From an uncultured Lachnospiraceae bacterium (GTDB taxonomy: Bacteria; Bacillota; Clostridia; Lachnospirales; Lachnospiraceae), in NCBI GenBank assembly GCA_902772925.1, contig CACYCJ010000270.1:3498-67497 (forward strand): a DNA stretch of 64,000 nucleotides, written 5' to 3'. The notes beneath the pieces were generated by a model. It saw only the letters and a list, made by a program, of their open reading frames with translations, was not told the DNA's origin and did not search any database. Each line of letters begins with the position of its first letter. The stretch's first letter is position 1. The translations under genes were made by a program, and so were the position numbers. Of the stretch, positions 9,890 to 18,543 are shown one piece after another.

Positions 9890-11762
9890 TGATTTTTTAA
9901 AGGCAAAGGAATTACTTGAGGAGGACAAGATAAAGCTTGATAAAAAGTATAATGTCATTTCCGTTTTGAGACTGATAGTTTTCTTTGCCATAATCGCATT
10001 TCTTTATCTTGCAATCTTTGAAAAGATTACATTTATGTATGCGGCGTTTTCTTTGGCTGTAATAGTATTTATAGTTCTCATATCCGTACATAACGGCATA
10101 GATGACGATCTTAAGAATTTAGAATCCAAGTCGTTTGTTATTTCGGATTATATCAGAAGACTTGACGGAAGATGGGTTGATTTCGAAAATGATGGTCATG
10201 AATACACATCTGTCGACGATAAGCTTTCCTTCGATCTCGATCTGACGGGAAAAAGATCCCTTTTTCAGATGCTTTCCATAGCTCATACCGAAACGGGTAA
10301 GGAGAAGCTGGCAAATACACTCTCACTGAAGCATACCGACAGAGGAAGTATCGAGATAAGAAATGAGGCCATAACGGAGCTTTCGGAAAAGACGGAGTTT
10401 CTTTTTAATCTCGAAACTGCCGGAAGAAGAAGTGCGGGAAAGATTTCCAAGGTAAAAAGAAAGCTTGAGGAGAAGGATTCGGGACTTGAACTTATTTCCT
10501 CTGATGATGACAATGAAAAATCCAAAGATGAGTCTTCCGGAACCGCAGGCTTTGATTCGAAGGAAAAGACAAAGCGAAGCCTGTGGATGATAATACCCAT
10601 TATCCTTATTCCGCTTCTTAATATAGCGGCTCTATATGTCGCACTTTCGCCGAACTTTAAGATAGGCTTTTCGGCACTACTTTTTTCTTTTATTGCCGGA
10701 AATATTGCGGTTGCGTTATTCTCGGGTAATATTACGCCTGTTATTGAAAGGATAATAATCAAGGGGCAGGCGGCAGAGGATTATCTTATAATTTTGAAGA
10801 CCATAGCGGATGAAAGCTTTTCTTCGTCGCTGCTTACCGGCCTTCAGGGCAGGATAACAGGTAATGACGGAATACTGAAGGGTATAAAAGGGCTTTCGGT
10901 TATTACAAATATATATAATGTATCCTTTAACCCTGTGGTGCATTTTATTCTTTCCGGACTTTTCGGATGGGATTTTTATATCGCACTTGCAGCGGAAAAC
11001 TGGGAAATGAAGAACGCAGATCTTTTTGATGAAAGCCTTGATATCATAGGAAGTGTTGAGGAGCTGTCAAGTCTTGCCGTTCTTTCGGTCATAAGAAAGA
11101 CAGTGAAACCGGTCATTCTTGAGGGTGATACAGTTAAGCTAAAGCTAACGGATGCTGTACATCCGCTGCTTAATCCCGACCGGGCTGTTGCCAATTCCTG
11201 TGAGTTCGGAAATGATGTGACCGTTATAACCGGTTCGAATATGTCGGGTAAGACCACATTCTTACGTACGGCGGCTGTTAATCTTGCTCTTGCATTCATT
11301 GGAGCAAATGTGTGTGCCGAAAAATTCGAGACAAGCTATATGAGGATATTTACCTCAATGAGAGTAAATGACGATGTGGCAGGGGGTATCTCGACATTCT
11401 ATGCGGAGATACTCAGGATAAAGGAAATGGCAGAGTATATTAAGAATTCATCGGATGACATTCCGGCGGCCTGCTTTATAGATGAGATATTTAAGGGGAC
11501 AAATTCTGCCGACAGGATTGTCGGAGCGACCGAGGCTCTGCAGAAGCTGTCTCTCGGAAAGGGTATCATACTCGTGTCTACGCACGATTTTGAACTTTGT
11601 GATATCAAGGATGCGGAAGGAAAGGATGTTCTGAATTATCATTTCGAAGAATACTATGAAGGTGATGAGATAAGGTTTGATTATCATATCAGAGACGGAA
11701 GATGTACTACAAGAAATGCCATGGCACTTCTGAAAATGGCCGGACTTTCGGATATTTCCTGA
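9852..11762 (+). CDS. Membrane-bound MutS-like ATPase (MutS domain V only); true start may be a few codons downstream
   Basis: HPLL, Walker A TGSNMSGKTTFLR, STFYAEILR, DEIFKGTNS and STHDFEL motifs. N-terminal and central TM helices; no mismatch-binding domain. Confidence 0.85.
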   Translation: MPKTGSMKKMNYDDFLKAKELLEEDKIKLDKKYNVISVLRLIVFFAIIAFLYLAIFEKITFMYAAFSLAVIVFIVLISVHNGIDDDLKNLESKSFVISDYIRRLDGRWVDFENDGHEYTSVDDKLSFDLDLTGKRSLFQMLSIAHTETGKEKLANTLSLKHTDRGSIEIRNEAITELSEKTEFLFNLETAGRRSAGKISKVKRKLEEKDSGLELISSDDDNEKSKDESSGTAGFDSKEKTKRSLWMIIPIILIPLLNIAALYVALSPNFKIGFSALLFSFIAGNIAVALFSGNITPVIERIIIKGQAAEDYLIILKTIADESFSSSLLTGLQGRITGNDGILKGIKGLSVITNIYNVSFNPVVHFILSGLFGWDFYIALAAENWEMKNADLFDESLDIIGSVEELSSLAVLSVIRKTVKPVILEGDTVKLKLTDAVHPLLNPDRAVANSCEFGNDVTVITGSNMSGKTTFLRTAAVNLALAFIGANVCAEKFETSYMRIFTSMRVNDDVAGGISTFYAEILRIKEMAEYIKNSSDDIPAACFIDEIFKGTNSADRIVGATEALQKLSLGKGIILVSTHDFELCDIKDAEGKDVLNYHFEEYYEGDEIRFDYHIRDGRCTTRNAMALLKMAGLSDIS

Positions 11763-11841
11763 TATAGCCGGTGGAGTAAAATAAACTCATGGTTTTTTCC
11801 TTCATTGTTGAAATGATCATGAAAAAATGAAAATGTTTGAA

Positions 11842-11919
11842 AAAAAAGTGATATCAATTACATTTTTTTGTGTATGATATCACTTTTTTGTATACAAAGT
11901 ATACAAAACTTGCTAAAAT
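11842..11919 (+). promoter_or_regulatory. Inverted-repeat operator-like region and extended -10 element upstream of the kinase cluster
   Basis: 15-bp perfect inverted repeat aaaaaagtgatatca (11842-56) / tgatatcactttttt (11875-89); palindrome tttgtatacaaa (11887-98); TGcTAAAAT (11911-19). Confidence 0.5.
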
Positions 11920-11962
11920 TAAAGAGGATTTTTGTTTAATTCTCAAAAAAAGGAGCATTTTT

Positions 11963-14443
11963 ATGAATCAGGAATATCCTTTGGCGCTGCCGGAAGGTTC
12001 GGTTCTGGCAGGACAATTTGTCATAGAAAAGGTACTCGGTCAGGGCGGCTTCGGAATTACTTATAAAGCATTAGATCATTCGAGTAATAAGCATGTCGCT
12101 ATTAAGGAGTATTTTCCCGACAGTCTGGCGACAAGGTCCGAGTCAACGGTAATACCTTTTACCGGCGAAAGAGAGGACAGCTATAATTACGGTATTTCCT
12201 GTTTCCTCCAGGAGGCGCAGACTCTTGCACAGTTTATAGGGAATGATAATATTGTCAGGATATATACATATTTCGAAGAAAACAGTACTGCGTATTTCGT
12301 AATGGAATACATAGAAGGCATCAGCTTTGATAAGTATATCAAGCAGAAGGGGGGCAGGCTTTCCTTTGATGAGGCTGCTGCTGTCCTCGTGCCTGTAATG
12401 GATGCTCTCGATGCCGTTCATCAAAAGGGAATCATTCACAGGGATGTAACTCCTGACAATATATATATTACAAACGAAGGTGTTATCAAGCTTCTGGATT
12501 TCGGAGCGGCAAGATACAGCTTAGGTGATAAAAGCAGAAGTCTGGATGTTGTGCTTAAGCACGGCTTTGCTCCGAAGGAGCAGTATACAAGGAAAGGCAG
12601 ACAGGGTCCTTATACTGATGTATATTCTCTCGGTGCAACATTTTATTATGCCGTGACAGGGAAGAGGCCGCCTGATTCCGTGGAGAGAATGGATGAGGAT
12701 AATCTGATCCCGCCCAGTACATTGGGGGCTGATATAGGCCGTATGCCCGAACAGGCAATACTTCATGCTCTTAATGTTCAGCCGCAGGAGAGATTCCAGT
12801 CAATGCGGGAATTTAAATTTGCTATGTATCACGCTCATGCCGTTGATGTTCAGGAAAAAAACGGAGGGAGAGCCGTATATAATAATCAGGGCTACAAAGA
12901 CGGCAGGCAGGCCAATATGTCTTCGGGCGGTCCGTACGATAATCGCGGCGGCAGCTACAATAGCGGAAGCGGCTATAATAACGGAAGCAGCTACAATAGC
13001 GGAAGCGGCTATAATAACGGAAGCAGCTACAATAACGGAAGCAGCTACAATAACGGAAGCGGCCATAATAACGGAAACGGCTATAATGGCGGTAGTGTAT
13101 ATAATAACGGAATGTCGTCGGGAGGCGGAAACGGAGAAAACGGAAATCCTCCCGCGAAAAAGAAAACACACATTATTCCGATAATTCTTGCCGGAGTCAT
13201 AGGTTTTTCCATTCTTCTTACCGTAGGAGTGGTTCTGATATTCGTTACAAGCAGTAAAAAGAAGCACGCTGCTACAACGGTTACTTTACGATCCAGCGAA
13301 ACGGAAACCGTAAGTACCACGGAAACTACCGAAGAAAGCACCACCGAAACCACATCGACAAGAGAAATGGTTGATATAGATCCCGGTCCGGATGATACTA
13401 CGGAGGAAAGTACCGAAACAACCACAGAGACGCCTCAGACAGAGAAGGAAAGATTTCCCGTGATACTCGGTGGGTCTCCGGGAAATATAGCCAATATGGG
13501 TCTTTGTGCCTCGGATAGTGCGGGAAATGAGTACGACGCGGATTATACAGGTAAAAAGATAATCAAATATGTCAGAGACGGTGAGGATGAGACAATAGTC
13601 GAAGGCGGATATGTGTGGAACCTGTGTATAGCTTATGATGTAATGTATTTCATAGGAGGAAGAGAAGCATATACCTGTAATATTGACGGAAGCAACAGAA
13701 GAAAGATCCCTGAGCTTGAGGCATATTCCGATATAGATGTTCTTTATGTTACTAAGGATTATTACTTTATTGTCAGAGTTAATTCATCTGATAATATTTC
13801 AAGACTGGATTGTATAGACAGATATACGGGTGCTCAGATTTCGGAGATAAGACTGGACTTCGAATATGATTCGGATGCGCCTCTTGCAACGAGGCAGATC
13901 ACATTTAATAACGGATATCTGTATTATCTTCTTACTTCCAATGACGGCAGGAATTATGATTCCTTTGCGCAGCAGAAGCTTTGGAGGATGCCGGCAGGTG
14001 ATATGGCAAATTCCGCTCCTGAGTGCATGGTCACATATAAGGAGGAGTATTACTGCAATGAGATAGTTGCGGAAGGAAAGTATCTTTACTATCTATATGG
14101 TGAAAAAGGACATAGCTACTGCATAGATATGCTTGATGTTAATGAGGATGAGATAGTCTGCGGATTTTCCTGGGATAAGGATGCGAATGATTTCAGGCAT
14201 TTAGTAGTGATGAATCAGAAGCTTTCGTGCTTCTCGAAAAACGACGGTAAGGTTTATCTCTACACGCTTAATGCCGATCCGACCTTGGAAAACTGGACGT
14301 TTAATTCCGTAAAAACCTTTGAAACGACCGAATCCTTCATAGGACTGAATTCAATGAATAACGGTTACTATTTTGTATCTACTGATACCGGACTTCAATT
14401 TATCGGTTTTGACGGAAGCGGTTATTCGATAATCACACAGTGA
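11963..14443 (+). CDS. Transmembrane Hanks-type Ser/Thr protein kinase with extracellular Thr/Glu stalk and probable beta-propeller domain
   Basis: ATG 11963 after AGGAG. LGQGGFGITY, VAIKE, HRDVTPDNI, LLDFG, APKEQ and DVYSLG motifs; low-complexity linker; TM helix; TTETTEE stalk; beta-rich C-terminus. Confidence 0.93.
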   Translation: MNQEYPLALPEGSVLAGQFVIEKVLGQGGFGITYKALDHSSNKHVAIKEYFPDSLATRSESTVIPFTGEREDSYNYGISCFLQEAQTLAQFIGNDNIVRIYTYFEENSTAYFVMEYIEGISFDKYIKQKGGRLSFDEAAAVLVPVMDALDAVHQKGIIHRDVTPDNIYITNEGVIKLLDFGAARYSLGDKSRSLDVVLKHGFAPKEQYTRKGRQGPYTDVYSLGATFYYAVTGKRPPDSVERMDEDNLIPPSTLGADIGRMPEQAILHALNVQPQERFQSMREFKFAMYHAHAVDVQEKNGGRAVYNNQGYKDGRQANMSSGGPYDNRGGSYNSGSGYNNGSSYNSGSGYNNGSSYNNGSSYNNGSGHNNGNGYNGGSVYNNGMSSGGGNGENGNPPAKKKTHIIPIILAGVIGFSILLTVGVVLIFVTSSKKKHAATTVTLRSSETETVSTTETTEESTTETTSTREMVDIDPGPDDTTEESTETTTETPQTEKERFPVILGGSPGNIANMGLCASDSAGNEYDADYTGKKIIKYVRDGEDETIVEGGYVWNLCIAYDVMYFIGGREAYTCNIDGSNRRKIPELEAYSDIDVLYVTKDYYFIVRVNSSDNISRLDCIDRYTGAQISEIRLDFEYDSDAPLATRQITFNNGYLYYLLTSNDGRNYDSFAQQKLWRMPAGDMANSAPECMVTYKEEYYCNEIVAEGKYLYYLYGEKGHSYCIDMLDVNEDEIVCGFSWDKDANDFRHLVVMNQKLSCFSKNDGKVYLYTLNADPTLENWTFNSVKTFETTESFIGLNSMNNGYYFVSTDTGLQFIGFDGSGYSIITQ
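12956..13110 (+). repeat. In-frame 18-bp tandem repeat encoding YN(N/S)GS(G/S) hexapeptides in the kinase linker
   Basis: YNSGSG YNNGSS YNSGSG YNNGSS YNNGSS YNNGSG HNNGNG YNGGSV YNNG. Confidence 0.9.
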
Positions 14444-14503
14444 TAAGGATAAAGCGGCGCTAAGCTGCTGTCTTATATATAATAACAGAGGAGGTAATGG
14501 CTT

Positions 14504-15367
14504 ATGGCATTGGTGGAATGTGCAAGCGGGCATCTTTATAATACCGATCAATATGCATCATGCCCTTATTGCGGTGGGACGCTGAACCGTGTTGAATTCG
14601 GCTCCGGCTCTTCAAACAGTAGTATCGGTAAAACTGCTCCGGTAGGTTATGAGGGCGCAGGGTACGGTTACGGGTCACAGCCGGCAAACGGGGGTACCGG
14701 CGGAAACAGCTACGGAGCTACAGCAGCGCCTATGGGCTACGGAGCAACTACGGCACCTTCGGGCTACGGAGGAAACAGTTCGACTTCCGGCTATGGAGCG
14801 ACCACGGCTCCTTCAGGCTATGGAGGAAGCAGTTCGCAGCCCGGCTACGGAGCGACTACGGCGCCTTCGGGCTACGGGGGAAGCAGTTCGCAGTCCGGCT
14901 ACGGAGCTGACCGGGAGATAGGGGCAACAGTCGCACCTTCATCCTATAAGGATTCGCAGAAGAATGATGGCACCGATCAGGGTGATCCCGGGAAGACGGT
15001 AGGTGTATTGAAAAAAAGCCTTAATATCGAACCGGTGGTCGGATGGATAGTGTGTATAGAGGGCGCGGATAAGGGAAAGGATTTCCATATCATGGCCAGA
15101 AATAACAGTATTGGCCGCAGCGAAAGAATGGATATATGCATAAAGGGAGATGCTACGATTTCAAGAGAAAATCATGCCAGGATAGCATTTGATGTTAAAC
15201 ATAATGTATGCCATCTTATTCCCGCAGAGAGTACCAACGGTATATATCTAAACGGTGATCCTGTATATGTGCCGACAGAATTAAAGCATAGTGATGTGAT
15301 TGAACTCGGTGAAAGCAAATTTATGTTTATTCCGCTCTGTAATGAGAACTTCTCGTGGCAGAGTTAA
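14504..15367 (+). CDS. FHA-domain protein with N-terminal zinc ribbon and Gly/Tyr/Thr repeat linker
   Basis: CASGH...CPYC; VVGWIVCIEG; FHA signature IGR...ISRENHA...STNG. GAGGAGG RBS. Confidence 0.9.
   Translation: MALVECASGHLYNTDQYASCPYCGGTLNRVEFGSGSSNSSIGKTAPVGYEGAGYGYGSQPANGGTGGNSYGATAAPMGYGATTAPSGYGGNSSTSGYGATTAPSGYGGSSSQPGYGATTAPSGYGGSSSQSGYGADREIGATVAPSSYKDSQKNDGTDQGDPGKTVGVLKKSLNIEPVVGWIVCIEGADKGKDFHIMARNNSIGRSERMDICIKGDATISRENHARIAFDVKHNVCHLIPAESTNGIYLNGDPVYVPTELKHSDVIELGESKFMFIPLCNENFSWQS
14711..14908 (+). repeat. In-frame 27/54-bp repeats encoding GYGATTAPS / GYGGSSSQx
   Basis: Three GYGATTAPS units alternate with GYGG(N/S)SSxx units, plus a degenerate first copy. Confidence 0.9.
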
Positions 15368-15381
15368 TATGAGGTTAAAAT

Positions 15382-16149
15382 ATGCAGGGTAATAAACCAT
15401 TAACTTACATAATCGGAAACCTTCAGGGGGTTGGCAACAGGAAAAGGCAGGAAGATTCATTTGCCGTAGCAAATGCGTTTGATGTCGAAATGATCAGACA
15501 GAAGGGACTTTTTTTCTCGGTCTGTGACGGCATGGGAGGCATGAAGGACGGAAAAAAAGCAAGTGAAACTGCGGTTGCCAGCCTGAGAAATTCCTTTATG
15601 AATATGGACAGAAACGGCAATATTTCAGAGCAATTAAGGAGAAGCGTATTTAAGGCTTCGGAGGATGTCTGTAATGTGATCGGAGGAGACGGAGGAAGTA
15701 CCACCGTTACCGGTATCATCTATAATGACATGCTTCATTTTGCAAGCGTGGGAGACAGCTTCTTTTTCCTGCTTCGAAGGGGTAAGCTTTATCGCCTTAA
15801 TCATGAACATAATCTGAGGCATGAAAAGTATTCCGAGGCAATAAAATTCGGAGATATGGATCCTTCGAAGTATGTCAATATTCCTGAAGCCGAAGCACTT
15901 ACCCAGTTTCTCGGAATGGTCGGTATGTCGGATGTGGATTGTACCATAAGACCGTTCCCGCTTGTTTCCGGAGATGTTCTGATGGCCTGCTCGGATGGTA
16001 TCGGAGGAGTTCTTACTGAGGATGAAACGAAAAGATGTCTTTCATTTGTCTCGGAAAGATCTATGTGCCAGCAGATAGAGCAGTTTCTGGTAGCGCACGC
16101 AAAAGTAAATCAGGATAATTATACGGCACTTATTGTCAAATGTATTTAG
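15382..16149 (+). CDS. PP2C-family Ser/Thr phosphatase
   Basis: RKRQED, VCDGMGG, SVGDS, CSDG and QDNYT motifs. Confidence 0.92.
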   Translation: MQGNKPLTYIIGNLQGVGNRKRQEDSFAVANAFDVEMIRQKGLFFSVCDGMGGMKDGKKASETAVASLRNSFMNMDRNGNISEQLRRSVFKASEDVCNVIGGDGGSTTVTGIIYNDMLHFASVGDSFFFLLRRGKLYRLNHEHNLRHEKYSEAIKFGDMDPSKYVNIPEAEALTQFLGMVGMSDVDCTIRPFPLVSGDVLMACSDGIGGVLTEDETKRCLSFVSERSMCQQIEQFLVAHAKVNQDNYTALIVKCI

Positions 16150-16170
16150 ATAAGGAAAGTGAGGGAGAAT

Positions 16171-17583
16171 ATGAAAAGAAACAAAAGAAAAATCTTTATG
16201 ACTCTGATTCTTGTGTTGCTTATGGCTTTCGGCCTGGTTCCGTTAAAGTCCTCTGCGGCATTTGATACCGGAGTAAGAGACGGTGTCTGCGTTGTTCTCG
16301 GAATTCTGATCAATGCCGATACGGGAGTTATTTATGACGGCGGTCAGGGAACAGGCTTTTTTATCGGTGATCTGGACAAAAATCCCGAATACCTTATAAC
16401 CAATCATCATGTTATCGACACATATCTTAACTACGGTAAGGGTGAAAAATTCCAGGCACAGCTTACCAATGGAGCTATAGTTGATGTCAGGGCTTCGATA
16501 AGGGTTTATTTTGACAGTGTAACTTATGTTGAAGCAAGGGTGATAGATTATGATGATGTTGCGGATGTTGCCGTACTCAGACTTTCATCACCCACAGAAG
16601 AGAGAAAGGCGCTTCCGCTTCATATACCTTCAGACAGTGATGTGGGAAGCACCGTTTACTGCGTCGGGTACCCCGGTATCGCCGAAAATAAATTTATTGA
16701 AGCAAATAAGAAATGGAACGAGGAGGATGCTACGATCACATCCGGAACCGTCAGCCGTCTTATAACCATTGCAGGTACAGCCGTAAAGGCTATCCAAACC
16801 GATGCCAAGATCAATCACGGCAATTCGGGCGGACCTATGGTTAATGAAGCCGGTGAAGTAATGGGTATAAATTCATGGGGTATTACGGTTAACAACGAAT
16901 CCGAAAACTATGCTGTTGATATATCGGAAGTAACCGCTATGCTTGCAAGAAATAACATTAATTATGTGGAAGGCGACGGAAGCGGTTCGTCAAGCGGCGG
17001 TAATGATACTCAGGATGTTACCGAAGCAACAGAGGAAGGACAGGACGGAACAACTGAAGCACCTGTTGCAAAGCCCGAGAAGAGCGGACTCGGTATCGGT
17101 GCGATAATAGGCATAGTCGCAGCCGCACTCGTTCTCATAGTTGCCGTTATAATCATAATAATAGTTGTAGCAGGAAAGAATAAGAACAGTTCATCCGGAC
17201 CTTCACCTGCACCCGCATTCAATCAGAATCCTTCACCTTCGCCCATGCCCGGCCCCGCACCTCAGAGTGCAATGCTGAGATCCATGTCTACACAGCATGG
17301 CGGTAAGACGTTCCCGGTCGGAGCTGCACCGGTTATGATAGGAAGGGATCCTTCAAGCTGTCTCATAGTTTATCGCGAGGGAACAGCGGGAGTGAGCGGA
17401 AGGCATTGTCAGGTTTCTTTCGAAGCAAATACCGGTAACTTTGTGATAACAGACCTTCGTTCAACCTACGGTACCTTCCTTATGGACGGAACAAAACTTC
17501 CGCCCAATACACCGTACAGACTTAAAGCAGGCGACAGCTTCTACGTAGGCGACAAGCAAAATGTCATTCGTACTGAATTATAG
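16171..17583 (+). CDS. Exported trypsin-like serine protease with TM helix and cytoplasmic FHA domain
   Basis: Signal peptide; GTGFF, TNHHV (His), DVAVL (Asp), GNSGGP (Ser); TM helix; Pro-rich linker; FHA IGR...VSGRH...STYGT. Alternative GTG start at 16159. Confidence 0.9.
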   Translation: MKRNKRKIFMTLILVLLMAFGLVPLKSSAAFDTGVRDGVCVVLGILINADTGVIYDGGQGTGFFIGDLDKNPEYLITNHHVIDTYLNYGKGEKFQAQLTNGAIVDVRASIRVYFDSVTYVEARVIDYDDVADVAVLRLSSPTEERKALPLHIPSDSDVGSTVYCVGYPGIAENKFIEANKKWNEEDATITSGTVSRLITIAGTAVKAIQTDAKINHGNSGGPMVNEAGEVMGINSWGITVNNESENYAVDISEVTAMLARNNINYVEGDGSGSSSGGNDTQDVTEATEEGQDGTTEAPVAKPEKSGLGIGAIIGIVAAALVLIVAVIIIIIVVAGKNKNSSSGPSPAPAFNQNPSPSPMPGPAPQSAMLRSMSTQHGGKTFPVGAAPVMIGRDPSSCLIVYREGTAGVSGRHCQVSFEANTGNFVITDLRSTYGTFLMDGTKLPPNTPYRLKAGDSFYVGDKQNVIRTEL

Positions 17584-17772
17584 AGTAGGGGATTCGCGAA
17601 GCGAAGCGCCTATCCGAACGAAAGTGAGGACATGAGACGCGAAGCGGCTCCAATACGATGCGAAGCATCGGATTATAGACATGCGAAGCATGGATATATG
17701 CTTATAGAGTAGGGGATTTGCGAAGCATGGATATATGCTTATAAAGTAGGGGATTCGCAAAGCATTATGCTT
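17579..17772. repeat. Intergenic repeat/hairpin element: three tatagagtaggggatt-gcgaagc units and multiple GCGAAGC mini-hairpins
   Basis: Repeat units start at about 17579, 17703 and 17740 (the last two 37 bp apart). GCGAAGC occurs at 17596, 17601, 17639, 17660, 17683 and 17720; GCAAAGC at 17757. Confidence 0.75.
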
Positions 17773-17783
17773 AGAGGTAAAAA

Positions 17784-18506
17784 ATGGTGATAGATGTATA
17801 TGAATATTCTAATCAGGGCGGACGCAGCTATAACGAGGATTCCGTAGGTTCACTTATCAAAGGTGATTCCGGGATATTTGTTGTTGCAGACGGGCTCGGT
17901 GGTCATGCCTTTGGTGAGCTTGCCTCATCGTGCGTAAGGGATACGCTTATCTCGGGATTTACTCCCGGGGTGGCGGATCCTGCGGGCTGGTACGGTAGCA
18001 TGGCTGCTTTGGCAAACCGGAATATATTGCAGCTTCAGCTGGAAAAGGGCGATATCATGAAGAGTACGTTTGTATCTCTTTTGATAGACGGTCCGAGAGC
18101 TGTATGGGCTCACTCAGGTGACTCGAGGCTTTATTTTTTTCACAAAGGATATGTTGCCGCATATACGGAGGATCACAGCGTTTCGTATAAAAAATATAAA
18201 GCGGGTGAGATCGATCGTGAAGCTATAGCCGGGGATGAGGATCAGTCAAGCCTGCTCAGGACACTCGGAAATCAGGAAAGATTTGAGCCTGATATATTTG
18301 TTCTTCCGAAAGCGCTTGAAGCGGGGGATGCATTTTTCCTGTGTACGGACGGTGCATGGGAATTTCTTCGTGATGAAGAGATGGCGGTTGATCTTGCCAA
18401 GGCTGAGGATGCAAAGCATTGGGCATACCTTATGCTGATGCGTATGATGGACAGAATAAAAGGCGGTAACGATAATCTCACATTACAGACGATAATGATA
18501 AAATAG
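17784..18506 (+). CDS. PP2C-family Ser/Thr phosphatase (second copy)
   Basis: GGRSYNED, VADGLGGH, HSGDSR, DHS, CTDG and NDNLT motifs. Confidence 0.92.
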   Translation: MVIDVYEYSNQGGRSYNEDSVGSLIKGDSGIFVVADGLGGHAFGELASSCVRDTLISGFTPGVADPAGWYGSMAALANRNILQLQLEKGDIMKSTFVSLLIDGPRAVWAHSGDSRLYFFHKGYVAAYTEDHSVSYKKYKAGEIDREAIAGDEDQSSLLRTLGNQERFEPDIFVLPKALEAGDAFFLCTDGAWEFLRDEEMAVDLAKAEDAKHWAYLMLMRMMDRIKGGNDNLTLQTIMIK

Positions 18507-18543
18507 TTATTGCGCCGTAAACCGGTCTGAGGAGGTAGTTAAA

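Noticed and set aside
9852-11762. Mismatch-repair mutS or mutS2
   Set aside because: Only the ATPase domain is present, with TM helices. There is no mismatch-binding or Smr domain, so no gene symbol was given.
11870-11962. Upstream GTG start of the kinase given in the ORF track
   Set aside because: It overlaps the palindromic promoter region. ATG 11963 has an AGGAG RBS and begins the typical kinase N-terminus.
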